Source of the DNA: Podarcis erhardii
Lineage: Eukaryota
NCBI GenBank assembly: GCA_964252035.1
Contig: OZ176207.1
DNA: 64,000 nucleotides
Direction: 5' to 3' (one strand)
Below the pieces are notes generated by a model, which was given only the letters and a program-made list of their open reading frames with translations, did no database searches and was not told the origin of the DNA. Of this stretch, positions 49,623-63,180 are shown piece by piece. The stretch's first letter is position 1. Each line of letters starts with the position of its first letter. The position numbers and the translations under genes were made by a program.

Positions 49623-50959
49623 TGCTATGTTAAGCTTTTGAAAGCTAACTCATTTTTAGTTGTAATAATTTCTTCCATTTTTAATTTAGACACTCTCTTT
49701 TAGCTTGTGAAAGTATAATGCACATAGATCAATACTCTGGAGTTCTTTGGACTAGATTGATTTCTTTCTCATGAGATGTACATTGCAGTTCTCTCTGATA
49801 TATATATGCATATACCCACAGACACACTACTTTGTCCCTGTGAAAATGGTGCGGTTGAACATTTCCATATGAAATGAAGGGGATATCAAATACTCGAATT
49901 AATTTGGACTGTAAGATGGCCTGTACACTTTCAGTTAATCTGCAACACATTTGTTGTTCAGAGGCATGGGAAAATGCTGATCTTTTAAGAATGACATGAC
50001 TACAGTGTCGCTTTAGGCCTGATTATCAAAGCTACCCGTTGAGTACATTAATTACAGTATGTTTTCTTCGTAGATGTAGTTCTTGCTATTTAGAATTTAA
50101 TAAAGAATAGCTTATCCTTGGACTGAGTATGCCAATATAGGGACTTTTTTTGTCTTTTTGATTTTTAAAAAAATGTTCTGAGTAATTTCCTTTTAGTTAA
50201 GCTTGAAAATGAGTACAAGTGGGAATGGCTGGAAAGTTTTTTTAAAATGTTTTTTAAGTTCAGCTTTTGACTTGGCAGAATGTATTTCATATGCAAAATA
50301 GTAAGATCTATACCAGTTTTGTTCAACAATTGCTATTCTTTTAAGTACATTTCTAATCAGTGCCACTAGGGTACTTTTTCTGTTTTTAGGAAAAAACAAT
50401 GTTACTATACAGATTTTTATTACAATAAGAAGTTAAACTTTAACAAAATCTATTCTGCTATTCATTATGCTCTCCAGAGTTTTTGTTAACTTTAATTATA
50501 CTGGAAATATATATGTGTACATGAGACAAAGATGAGAGAGGTAAGTAGTAAAACAACACAACAGCCTTCTCTCTTGTACTATTGGTTATAGCAAGTAGGT
50601 CCTTGCATCTTTTCTATGATAGCACATTTAATTAAAAAATTCCATTGTCTATAAATTGAAATTGTGTGATTTTGTCTAAAACCCCTTTTTAAAAAAAAGT
50701 AGATGAAAAGGAAACTCAATGTATAGTTAGAATGCGAGCAAAAGTATTTGGTTCTCCCGTCCAAAGCATTTAGCTATTATATTGGGTATCAGGTGATAGT
50801 TGTGTCATGGCTGGGTTGATCCAAATTGAATTTGCGTGTCATTTGATACGTTGTCTGTGGTAACAAGAAATTATATTTTGGAAGGGCTTGATAACTTTAC
50901 TAAACAAATCTATAAATCCATATCCTACGCTGACCCAGCTGAGTCTGCCTGCTTATGCA

Positions 50960-51200
50960 GTGTAAGACCGCTCCAGGCCAGCAGTGGTGGTAAGGACTGT
51001 TGCCATCATCATCGATAGAAATTGAAACTCCCTCGCAGTGAGACCAATCCACACTGTTCTTGGGTTCAAGGAATTGTTTGTGGTCTTGGATCAGAACAGG
51101 GATGATAGTGTATCATCCGCCCTGCAACACTACAGCCTTCTAGACTGAGCTGGCAGAGGTAGTCTTGGATGTGGTGTTTGGGGGCTCAGAAGTTCAGGGG
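50960..51200 (+). mobile_element. L2-type LINE endonuclease-domain remnant
   Basis: Frame from 51099 reads GMIVYHPPCNTTAF*TELAEVVLDVV, resembling the L2 APE motif GILLVYRPP...SL.EL.E.VS. Confidence 0.6.
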
Positions 51201-51400
51201 GTGGCAGTATGGGAGACAGCATTCTGTCTTAAGGTGTGCAATTTCTTGTCCACATATGTGAGTCTAGTACCTTTGTTGTGTAGTATTCATCATATGCTGA
51301 AGGCACACTTCTTTCATTCTGGCCTTTGACACTTTTGATATATATTTTAGGACCCAGCCTATCCTTTTTATTGTAATCTGCTTTAACTGTTTTTAATATA

Positions 51401-51747
51401 CCGTATCGGCCCGAATATAAGCCGTACCTGAATATAAGCTGCACTTTTAAAATTGGGGGGGGGGAGACTCCATTCCTTGCTGCTCCTGTCTGCATACCGG
51501 GGGGGGGGGGGCGGGGAGCCATGCTGCGTTGCTGGTGGCCTTTACCCTTCCTCGTTCTCTCCCTTCCCGGGCTTTGGGGGAGAGGACGAGGGACTATGCA
51601 CAGGGCGGGCACCGCTTTGCCGCACTCCTGGTGCTGTTTGCCCCATGCTCCTGGCTGCATACCGTAAGGTTGCAAATATAAGCCGCACTTTTAACTTTTC
51701 ATGGTCGGAATTTGGGAAAAGTGAGGCTGATATTCAGGCCAATTCGG
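51401..51747. mobile_element. TcMar-Tc2-like non-autonomous element
   Basis: TA-CCGTA...CGAATATAAGCCG start, degenerate reverse copy ending CGG-TA, repeated ATAAGCCG subterminal motifs. Confidence 0.7.
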
Positions 51748-53164
51748 TATATATTTTTAATTGTTGCAACTCACCCTAGGACCTTATGGTGAATGTCTGA
51801 TAAGAAATATTAACAGCAACCTCTAAAAATTACATTCCCCATAACTCAAAGTATATATATTTAATGCTCTTTAAGCAATAGGTCTCATTACTACCCTTTG
51901 TTAGCAACAGTTGTGTAAATGTTTTATTTCTAAACTCAATACTAGCCTTAGATTATTTCTTCCAAATGTTTCTCTGAATGTAACTATGTATGCTTTGACT
52001 TGCATAGAGGAGCCTTTGTTACTGTTTTGCGGGCAAAAGGCACATGATCGCAAAAGGCATGCAGCAGCCTCTGTATACCAACTGATGGGGATTTCTGCTT
52101 CAGATGGACACAGGCTTGCTGATATCCACGTCTTGAAAGTATTGAATCCTATTTGCTTGCAATAAATACTTAAAATTGAATTGTCAAAATCTATAATTAT
52201 TTCCATCAGTGGAGACCTCATTGCATCTGAGGGCTTAAAGTGTACTTATCTCTAGGTGCCAATCAGTCCTTTATCACAGGCATCACAACTGTTTAGCAGT
52301 GCCAAACTTTGTTCAAACATATGTAATTTGTTTGCTAAGCTGATGAAGATTTTGGCACCTGCCTAAGGGGGAGGAATAGTTGTTACCCGAGTCAGCCTTC
52401 CAATTCATGAACAATTCTTCACTCAAAATATTCTGTTTTGTAATTGAAAGCCCAAAGAGATGTTGAAAGTCTTTAATTTGTTGTATTATTAAGAATTAAA
52501 ATTAATCAAACAAAACTGAATAATTCACATATTAAAATCTATAGTGCTGCATCAAAGCAATAAAGCAGTTCTTTTCTATATAGATTATGACCACCAGGGC
52601 AGCTTTCCTAAGCATATAGGTGCTACATTTTATCTTGCGGTGTTCTTAAAAAAATAGTAATCCTATACTCTGTCCACTATAGCTGCTGGCCAAGTTGCAA
52701 AGTGCCACATATATATGCAGTGGCATTTCAGCCTTCCTCTGCTGATGGCAGCAGCCTGCACTCCAGTAAGCTTTCCTGGAAGGTCAGGAGCCCTTTGAAG
52801 CATATTTGAGGTGCTATCGGGAGTGCATGGGATGGGGGAGGGAAAGCCTAGGAAAACAGTGCCAGAGATCCAATGCATCCTTTCCCTAGCTTTGTTGCTG
52901 AACTCAGTAAAAACCAGGCTTTGTGCCCTGAATTTATGGAACTGCTTTTCAGTCAACGTGGTTAAGACAGAACTAGCACCACTCCTAAAATACACAGGAA
53001 GCTTGTGGACATGACTCTGTTTACAAATACTGTAAAAATAAAAAATAGGCATCTGAGATCTGTTAGTTGCATTGAGTTACTTTCTTTAAGAACCACGGCT
53101 TTCCTTTTAGCAAGCTGAATATACTATACTGACATTTAAAGCATAGCTTTCTTTTTCCTTGCAG

Positions 53165-53315
53165 TTGCTGTGATTGGCTCATAAACATTTGCCGGAGAAA
53201 GAAAGAACTCAAAGCACGCACAGTATGGCTTGGATGTCCTGAAAAATGCGAAGAAAAATATCCAAGAAATGCTATAAAAAATCAAAAATACAATATCTTT
53301 ACATTTATACCTGGG
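53165..53315 (+). CDS. ATP9B: ATP9B coding exon 3 (151 nt)
   Basis: Acceptor tttttccttgcag; (S)[50 protein letters not shown] carries the P4-ATPase N-terminal N..KYN..TF.P motif; donor GGG|gtaagg. Confidence 0.96.
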
Positions 53316-56300
53316 GTAAGGCTACTAATGATTCCTTAAAGGTGGGCTTAGTTTATGTCCCTTATAAATTGTATGTCTTACAATATTTTAAAACAAATCA
53401 TTTGAATGATAAGTTGTGCAATCGTTTCATGCTTTTTTGAAGTTCAGGCAATCCTCTTTCCCCACTGAGAAATGTGCTTGTTGGTTAAAGTGATTAGTGG
53501 GTTCAGTGATGATTACCTGTGAGGAGCAGAGACTACCAAATTATTTTTAGGTATTGTTTTTATTTAATTTGTCTACCACCCTTCATCAAATGATCACAGG
53601 TATATATTTTCTTTAAAAAAACAAGGGCACAATGAAACATTGGGAGGAAAACAATAACACAGCATAACAAGAGAATGCCCAACAATAAATACAGTTACTC
53701 TTCTAAAGCAGATTATTTCTGGGCCTGTGGGCACATCTGGAATTTTCAAAAGGTTGCCATTCTGAGCTTGAACTGTCACAAATTGTAGGGAGTGCCCTCT
53801 CCTCATTCCCACTGCATACATGTGTTTCTTGGGCACTGAGAGGGATGCAAGCTGGGAAGAGGAATGCCCAAGACAGGCCCCCAGAGATAAGGAGAGAGAA
53901 AAAGTCAAACACAGACCTCCAGACCCTGGGGTGGGGAAACATAGAAACCCAGAGAAGAGAGGAGAAACAAAGCAAGGAAGAGACACATAGAAAAGATGGG
54001 AGGAAACAAATATACATACCCTGTACACTCTGACACATACTCAATTCCTTCTTTCCTTTCTTTTTTTACCCTGCTCCATCTGATTGGCTGCTCCATTCTT
54101 CCTTTCTCTCTCCATACCCCCTGGGTCTCACATCTCCTACACCTTACCTTTTTCTTTAAAAAATGTTTCCCCTCCCACATTATCTGTTGGAGGGCCAATC
54201 TCAGCATGGAAGGCTAGTGAGCTGAAAGAGGAAATACCAACAAGCCCCCATCTTGACTGTAATTTTTCAGACTGATATCTGCTGACTTCCAAGCTGTATG
54301 GGAAGGGGGAAGATAACTAGTGGTGAAGGGGGGAGTGAGGGGAAGCTTTTCACGGGTGCCATTGTGGCCTCAGGCATCACATTGGGCACACCAGTTCTAA
54401 GACACGATTATATGACATGATCCAGACAAAGTTAAGCATGTTTATGTTTCATTGATTTTAGTAGGATAGATAAGCATATGATTAAATCTTCCAGCAAAGA
54501 CAAAAAATAGTTTTAAGTGTTAAAATTTTATTAGATTGATCCTACACGTTTTGGGTGATTTAAAATACCTGTTAATGAATATTTTTAATCTTACGATTCA
54601 GGATAGGTACATGTAAAATGACCTCTTAGTAAAATGTGTGTCGATTTGAAGGCTGTATAAATTTGACTTCAAATTGTTCCCTTGCTGGAAGCATTGCATT
54701 GCATTGTATGTACCTTCAGGTCAAAGTAAACACAAGAGTAGAAAAAGACCTGTCTGTAGGCTACAATCCTATGCTATCTTATTTGGAACTGAGCTCCTAT
54801 GACCTCTGTAATACCAACTTCTGAGTAGACCTGTATAGGATTGTCCCGTTAACATTTTTTGTGCAAAGCACAAAGGGCGAAGTGTAGAGAAGTGAAAGTG
54901 CTTCATGTGTTCATTTTTTTAATTGGGTAAACTTGTGGCTTGTATACATTAATGCTATATATGAACATGTATTTAGTATTTGGTAATCAGTTATTAAGTA
55001 TAAAATGTGAATAACAAAGCAGGGCTAAAATCTGAATACATTTTCTTTACTCACATTCATTCCTTATCCAAGAAATTTTTAAGAGTTAATATTGCTTTTT
55101 TGCAGTTTTAAAGCTGTGTATTACCTAGTGGCACTAAATTGTGCATTAATGAGAGAGGGATAAATATTTTCCCTTATTTTGAGCTCACAAGTAAACCAAC
55201 CTCCTATTTTTATTTTTTTGTTTTTCACATCTCTGTTGAAATGTTCCTCGCAGAGTGTTGACTTTAAATGCAGAATAAGTGGTTGGAAAGTTAATTCCCC
55301 AGTATGGCTAGTGGTACAGATTACAAAAACACCCATAAATGTAGCAATTGTTTTTATGTAAGAAACCTTTATACGGTGTTGGCTATTATGTGTTTTATAG
55401 GCATATAACAAAACCCTGTATTAACTAAATCCAGTTTAAAATAATGTTCTGTCTCTTCAGATTTTCTTTTGGCTTATTATGGTTTTCAAGATGCAGAATT
55501 CTTTTCAACACTGACAATAATAATTTGTTGTAATACATTTTGTGCAAATCACAAAAGGGCACAGTTTGGCTTTATTTTTTTGTTCTTTGACTGATTTCAG
55601 TAAATTCTATGACTTTAGCATTGATTCTTTGGATAGCCAGCCTTGTTAGTTTCTAATTTAATATTTGACTGAAAAGTAACTCTTGAGGGAGAGGTGTTTC
55701 AATGAGTGTGAAATAAACAGGCCATTATATACTGTGCCTTTTTCCACAGTAATAAATTATCTTGTTGGTTACTTGTTGACAAGAATGCTGCGTCTTTCAA
55801 TTCTTAATTTCAGTAAGAATGCAGATTTTTGTAAACCTTGTGCACTGGTCCCCCCCCCCTTCCTTACACTCCCCCTAACCCACCAACATTATTCAGCTAG
55901 CTGGCACATACAAGGATATTACTTATAACCCCTTCTTTATTAAAAAGAAAAAGTGAGTCCATAATGTGGACTCCATAATGTGTTTTCTTTTGAGAGTATT
56001 AATGTCAACTGCTTTCATGCAGACAAATATTTTCATCTTCATTGCATGAAACCAAAATTTTCTCTATTTACACTGAACATTTTCCTAAAGGTCATTAAGT
56101 ATACATTTAGACATTGATTACTGTAGTTAAATGCACAATGTGTGTTTCAGGGGTTTAGGCAGAGTCCCGATGCCTGCAAAGATCAGCCATGATTTGTGAA
56201 CACCTGTTGGCACAGCATAGTCCAGATGCATTATTAGTCTTGGAATATTTTTTCTTAAACTTTTCCTTAGGAAATGGAATAGTTTGAAAGCGTTTTGTAA

Positions 56301-57137
56301 TTGCACAGTTGGAATCCTATTCTGGCTTTGGTATGAATGCAAATTACTGAGCTATTAATTGATACTAACTGGGATTTTAAATTAATTAGTGGTGAGGGAG
56401 GAAATATTGTTACCCTGCTGAGATTAATTTATATAAGAATTTAAACATTCTAGAACAGAATAATCAAGTTTCATTGTAAATATAAACACAGTATTTCTGT
56501 AGCGTACCTCTTAGCATTTGTACACATACTTGTAAATCAGTAATAACTGCTAAACCAATTGAATTTCCTTGTATTGAAATTTCCATAATACGTTGGTTTG
56601 TCTGGAGCTTACATTTGAATGTACTGTGTTTGCATTCTACCCACATGCAGACTTTGGGGTAACATTCTTTATTTTCATATTAAAAAAGGAAATGTATTTA
56701 AACATAAATAAATTACAATATTAACATTTTTCCCTTGGGGAGAGTAGCTAGGGATAATAGTAGAGTGACAGGTTATATTATGCTGATTTTATTGTGCAGT
56801 ACAATCCAGAGCAACTATTTTGTATCACTTTGATTATATGTATACGGTTTTCTCTTATATCATAACTCTTTCTTTTTGGAAGGTTATGTACTTTTCTTTT
56901 CTGTATTCATTACTCTTGTTGCTAATGGCTAGGCAATACTGGAGTTGTTCTTTTATTACATTTATTATTGAAAAGTGGCCTCACTTTAGCTATGAATTTA
57001 GAGAACATTAATCAAATCACTGTTTTCTCAGGTTAGTTCCCCATCTGTATTATGGAGATATAACTGAAGTATCTTTTAGAAGCTCAAACATTTTTTGAGG
57101 ATGAGTAGCATTGGCCTCTCCTACATACACAGCACTT

Positions 57138-57468
57138 GGGACGTGGGTGGCGCTGTGGTCTAAACCACAGAGCCTAGGGCTTGCTGATCAGAAGGTCAGC
57201 GGTTCGAATCCCCGCGACTGGGTGAGATCCTGTATCTCGGTCCCTGCTACTGCCAACCTAGCAGTTTGAAAGCACATCAAAGTGCAAGTAGATAAATAGG
57301 TACCGCTCCGGTGGGAAGGTAAACAGTGTTTCCGTGTGCTGCTCTGGTTCGCCAGAAGTGGCTTAGTCATGCTGGCCACATGACCCGGAAGCTGTACGCC
57401 GGCTCCCTCGGCCAGTAAAGTGAGATGAGCGCCACAACCCCAGTTGTCAGGGGTCCCTTTACCTTTAC
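57138..57468 (+). mobile_element. Sauria-type SINE in ATP9B intron 3
   Basis: Aligns by eye along its length to the 34343 copy, with a short (~20 nt) deletion near the 3' end. Confidence 0.9.
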
Positions 57469-58156
57469 ATACCCACCACAGTCCCATTCCATGCATACAA
57501 TTTCATGAGCCATGAAAAAATGCTTCTCTTTTAATTTTGAAATTATACTTCTAAACTTATAAAAGTATGCTATGGCTCACACTGTTACCCAACCTTCCTC
57601 GTGTGCTAGTTTTGTTTAACAAAATATCTAGCCTGAAAACAATTCTTAGCGAAGCTTGCTGACTATCTACAATTCTATGATTCTATTAGTAACCACCAAA
57701 CACTTACCCTCCCCCCATTGCTAAATTACAGGGCGCCCCTTATCAGTGTCTGGGCTCCTGTAAAGGATACCCTCCTCTACATTCTTGAACTCTGCTTATA
57801 AGCTTATTGTATTGCTAAGTATTGCTAAGATAATACATGTTTTGTCTAATGAACATTCTGTAGTGCTACAATAAATGCTAGATACTATAATGCCTATATT
57901 ATGGATGAATTTTCTATTTAATATTTTATATTGGAATAGTCATCATCATTAAATGTTCATGTTACTATTGATTGATTTTTCTGTGTTAGTAGAGATAGTT
58001 CAAGCCATGTTGAAAGCAGCACTCAGAAAAAGGAAAAGAAACTATTATTGATTATAATTGTGATTAAAGTTCCTGTTACATAAAAAAAGTTTCTGCATAC
58101 TGGAAATGTTTTTGAAAGCACCATTTCCTGGTTTTTCTTTTTTCTTTCACTTTTAG

Positions 58157-58270
58157 GTTTTATATGAACAATTCAAGTTTTTCTTGAATCTTTATTTTCT
58201 CGTAGTCTCCTGCTCACAGTTCGTACCAGCGCTGAAAATAGGCTACCTCTACACCTATTGGGCTCCTCTG
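58157..58270 (+). CDS. ATP9B: ATP9B coding exon 4 (114 nt; TM1 region)
   Basis: Acceptor ctttcacttttag; [38 protein letters not shown]; donor CTG|gtaatc. Confidence 0.96.
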
Positions 58271-60113
58271 GTAATCAAAAATGCTATCCAACTATATATA
58301 TATATATTTCATTTATGAGCTTGTGTGCACATGGCCAGTGTGGTTGTATAGAACTGTCTCCTAACACTGATGGCATGGCAGCTTACCTGGAAAGAGCAGT
58401 GGCAGTGATGTTGGTTCTGTGCACACATGCTGGCAAGAGCACAGGATTGGCTCTGCTGGTGTGTTCATGAAGCCCATCTCTGCCATTGTCCCATCCCAGT
58501 CCCTGACAGCAGCTTTGGGGATCAGCTCTGTGGCTCTCTTCCACCACACTAGCCTCTACCACACATGAAAGACGCTCAGTGCAGAAGAAACATTTCCTAT
58601 TTCTTAATGGTTAAGAGATCAGGAGTATTTCCATGCTTCTCCCATTTCTCACTTGAATGATCTCCATTCTCTTTTCAGAGCTAATGTCAAACGACATGGC
58701 TTTGAACCAGACGCTAAAGTCTATTTAGTTTCAGATACTTATGGTTTTGTGCAACACTAACCATAGTTAGTGGGGGATTTTGAATGAGAAAGGAGCAAAG
58801 GAGAATACGATCTTGTGAGGAAAGGAGAGGAATTGCAGGGGTACTCCTGGTCTCTTAACAACACTTCACAGATCATGACGTGTTACATCTGAGCCAAGTC
58901 AGATCAAAAGAAATGTGACTCATGTTAAATGGACCTGTGTGTGTCTGGGAAAAGTAAGCACATTTTTTTAAAAAAAAATATACTTTTATCTATAATAAAA
59001 AGTTACAACTTGTATGTTCTATAATTTAAGAACTACGATTCTACCTGTGCTTTCTAAAAACATTGGAAGTATCTGGCTATAGCCAGGATATTGCATTTAA
59101 CATTGGTTATTGATTTTATTTTCAAAGGGAATTGGCCAAACTTTTTTATAACTACTCCAGAAAAAAATGCTATAAGGTCTACATGTGGCACATAGTCCAA
59201 AAGTTTGGTATATCTGATCTAGTATATGCAGCTAAAAACAAATGTTTCAGTACACTTTTGGAAGTAATTGATTCCATGGAACTTACTCCTAAATAACTGA
59301 GTTTTGACTCACTATAATTTTTAACCAAAGTCAAGCTACGCACCTTCAAGGCAAAAAGCAAAACTCGTTTAGGAGATTAGTCTTCTCTTGTTACATCTCA
59401 ACCTTTATTTTAAAGTAAGCGTGCTTGATTATTTTTATCATGCACCTCAGCTTCATGTCTTGGAGACCATGGGTTGGTGCAGCTGTAACATCAAAACCAT
59501 GCTTTGGTGTTATGTGCCTGAACCTTTGGCTCATATGCTTCCCCCTCTCTTGAGCTTGGAATGCCCTTCCTCCTTTCCTGGTTTGAAGCAAGTCATCTTT
59601 GGTTTGTGCTTGCTCTCTAAATAAGAATTGAAAACCAGGGTTCACTCCTGATTTGCAGAGCAAGCACAAACTGAAGCTGCACAGAAGGGAAAAGTATGAT
59701 GTATCTTGAACCAGGAAAGGAGAGAGTGGGGTGCCAGTGTGCATTGGCCCTATCAGCTCTGTTAACACAGCTACACACGCACAGTTTGTTGTTGCATATG
59801 AACCATCCCATTGCCTTTTAGATTTATCTGAATATTGCTTTGAGTGGAGGGTACTATATTTTGTTCTTGTGATGAGAGCCTGTTCAATAGTTTTATCACA
59901 TGTTTTGGAAATGTTTCCAGAAATCATTGGCTATGTCTCAAATTTTCCTCAGCTGTTCTGGAATAACTATGGCCTTGGCAAAAGGGAAGAAAACACACAA
60001 CAAAACTCCAAACAGTCCTACTAAAATGAAATATAAAGCGCATGCTTTTCTTATCTGTGGATTTTAATAGAAATATTTTCCATTTCGGGAAATGTTTGTT
60101 ATATTTTAAACAG

Positions 60114-60222
60114 GGATTTGTTTTGGCTGTCACAGTGCTACGAGAGGCAGTTGATGAATTTCGTCGTTACCAGCGAGACAAGGAAATGAACTCTCAATTA
60201 TATAGCAAGCTTACAATAAGAG
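60114..60222 (+). CDS. ATP9B: ATP9B coding exon 5 (109 nt; TM2 and start of actuator domain)
   Basis: Acceptor ttttaaacag; [36 protein letters not shown](G); donor GAG|gttggc, phase 1. No convincing exon 6 found before 64000. Confidence 0.95.
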
Positions 60223-62857
60223 GTTGGCAAACTTTTTTTCCCTGTGAATCATGAATAGCATTCATATTTTCTGGTCTGTGTGAAGTACTATTTCTTTAAA
60301 CAAGACCTCCAAATTATGGCCAACCAAAAAAACACAGCCTATTAGCATATACTGTGGCCTGTTTGGTGCTTAACAGTCTCCTGTGTTTGTAATCCTAGGC
60401 AAGCAGCAAATAGAAGGTTGCCATACATGGTTGGTGGGCTTCATTCAGTGTAGTGGGTCACAAATTATGCTGGCCTAGTAGATTTTACTGAGGGAAACTA
60501 ACAAGACTACCACTAGCTATAACTGATGGAAATTATATGTTAATCACTATCACTTGAATAAGGCATAAGAATATGAGTTCATCACACATAAAATACATAT
60601 GCCAAAATTCTCTAAAGAGTGCTGTATAAATTCTTTTTAAAATGCTGGCATTATAGCCTGAAATAAACAATGTATGAATCATGGATTGCATTTAACTCAA
60701 AGGTTGTGGATGTCTGCACTAGATTCTTCAAAGATGAAACTATCAAAGGCAAAAGGTTATGTTAAATACAGCATACATTTCTCTTTTGTGTTGATCTTAC
60801 TCAAAGAATAAGCCAATATATTTGGTAAAACTGCTGAATAGATTTTAATTTTATTTGGTGTTTAATATAACAATAATTAACATTCCATTTTCCCTCTGTT
60901 ATGTATACATTGAAATCATCCACATGCATTCATCCATGGCTAGCCTTTGGAACAAAAATGAATACTATTAACTAAAACTCTGCTTATAAATTTCCATTAA
61001 ACGATGCCTTTTGTTGAAGCTTATACTGCTTATTTTCTTTATTTCATGGGTCCATGTATTGAGTATTCTTTCTGTATGTAGAGATTTTCTATCATCTCTT
61101 AATTGTGGCTTGCTTCATTTTTATGTTACTGTTTAGTTTGCCACTTTATGAAAACCTTCTGATCTCCACAAAGGATAGTTTAGTATTGCAGGAGATTTTG
61201 TGGCTCCTAATGGGCCAGTTCAGGGTAGAACACTCATGTAGGCTTGCTCTCCCTCTCTGCATGTTGCAAAACACCCTCATACACAACCCAGTTGTGCTCA
61301 TTTGACTAGTAGGGGCAGAATGTGTCTATGGATACCTAGTCAAATATGTATCCAAATGTGCAATCTGTCCATCTGTTGTACATTACTTTCAGCCTCTCCC
61401 CCGCTTTTATTCCAACCAGTCACATGCAGCACTGTATGACAATAACTTATTTGGGGTGAAAGTTGCTACATAGAACTGCAAGCAGTGCAACTTACCAAAG
61501 CATGGCAAGGCAGGGTGCATTGGTCCCGTTGCCTTGGCAATGGCTCAGCAATGGTGATGCATTCCCTTTCCCTTTGTTCTGAAATAACAGCAGATGGAGG
61601 GAAGAATGACTGCAAACGAGTACAAAGGAATGGAAGGTCACACTTGTTTAAAAACAATTTTGTTCCCCCAGGAATGGCATCTTTTGTAAAACTTTCATAA
61701 ACTTTCATAACCTCATGATGCATAACAAGGGAAGTTCATGCCTTAGTTCTGAAAAGGCAATGCCAGGAATTCATGTTTTATAGTCCTCTACTTATGCCAT
61801 CCTTGGAAGAGAGAGTATTTTCTCCTCTCTGCTCCTTGCCTAGACACTTGCAAGTTCTCTTCTCCTCTACCCCCCAATCAGTCCCTTATGCATATTGTTA
61901 TTATTTATTGTTATTAGTTATTAAATTTATGTCCCCACTCCCTTTGTGCTTTTGTTGTGCCTGAACTGAGCAGGTTTGTTGATGATGAGAGTTCCATCCT
62001 GCAATCATGTTTCTGGAGAAAACCAGCAGAAGTATGTTTTCCCAATTCCCAGCTCATTTGTGTGCACGCTGTTCTTATTAAGGGTATCGGGTGAAGTCTA
62101 GTGATGTCTGTCTGACCTAGGACAGATGTATCACGGACAGCATTTCCTCAGTGACCATGTTCGCATGTACCAATGAGCCAAGAAACTTGGCTTTATAGAC
62201 CTTACTGTGTATTAGCTGCTTGCTTGTACACACAGCCTTATCACTCCTGGTTGCACAAGCAGGTAAGCAAACAAGGAAGGGAGTAGCTTAACATTATGTC
62301 CAAACCCAGGATTGTGGTTTGTTTCTCCTTAAAAAGTTAAGATTCATAAACAAGCAACTCTTGGTTTAAGGCTGGCTAGTTCTCATGGCTTTTCATGGTG
62401 AAACAAGTCATTTATTCCAGTTCAGACATAATGCTAAGCTATTCTCTTTGTGGTTTGTATATTCATTTGCATGAAGGGAAGATCAAAGTGGGTGTGATTG
62501 GACCAGGTGCATCAGCTCATATACAGGATGGTTTATTAAATCAAGGTTCTCCGCTTATTGTTATGTTGGAATGCAGCTATTGCAGGGGCAGTTTGTATGT
62601 TGGAAGGTGCTCCTTGTGGCTGTCTTTAATATGAAACTCCAACATTCCCCCACATCGTATAGGTAGTATTGTAATTAATGGGCATTTAGTATATGCTGTA
62701 CCAGCTATAGGTCTCACAAAGAATCATAGATCAATATAGCTATTTTAATAGTTACAGCATTAAGCAGTACAGTAACTTCTTTGAACAGTCTTAGTACTGT
62801 TGCCATGGCTTTTCTGATTAAAATGGAAGTACAGCCACCATTACTGACAGGTACATA

Positions 62858-63180
62858 CCGTATGTACTCAAGTATAAGCTGACTTTTTCCAGCACATTTT
62901 TTATGCTGAAAAAGCCCCGCTCAGCTTATACTCGAGTGAGGGTCCTTTCGGGCTGCTCTTTCCTCCTTCTCTGCCTTTGCCGCTGTTGGCGGCGGAGGAA
63001 CGAGCAGCCTGAAAGCAGCCCTTTTGGGCTGCTTGTTCTTCCTCTGCTGCTGCCACCACCACCAGGTTTGTGGTGTGGTGAACCCGCTTATGCTTGAGTC
63101 AATAAGTTTTCCCAGTCTTTTGTGGTAAAATTAGGTGCCTCGGCTTATATTCGGGTTGGCTTATACTCAAGTATATATGG
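62858..63180. mobile_element. TcMar-Tc2-like non-autonomous element
   Basis: TA-CCGTATGTACTCAAGTATAAGC ... GCTTATACTCAAGTATATATGG-TA. Confidence 0.7.

Noticed and set aside
55955-55983. Small hairpin GAGTCCA-taatg-TGGACTC with adjacent direct repeat (similar micro-duplications at 12166, 42325, 57810, 61688)
   Set aside because: Typical slippage or template-switch scars; no sign of function.
59391-59927. 178-aa minus-strand ORF in ATP9B intron 4
   Set aside because: No family resemblance, non-ATG start as far as I can read, composition like non-coding DNA.
62395-62634. ORF containing SSDI and GKIKVG, resembling ATP9B exon 6 (GKVQVKSSDIQVGD)
   Set aside because: Motifs are in the wrong order, QVGD is absent and no phase-1 acceptor fits. 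Exon 6 probably lies beyond the window.
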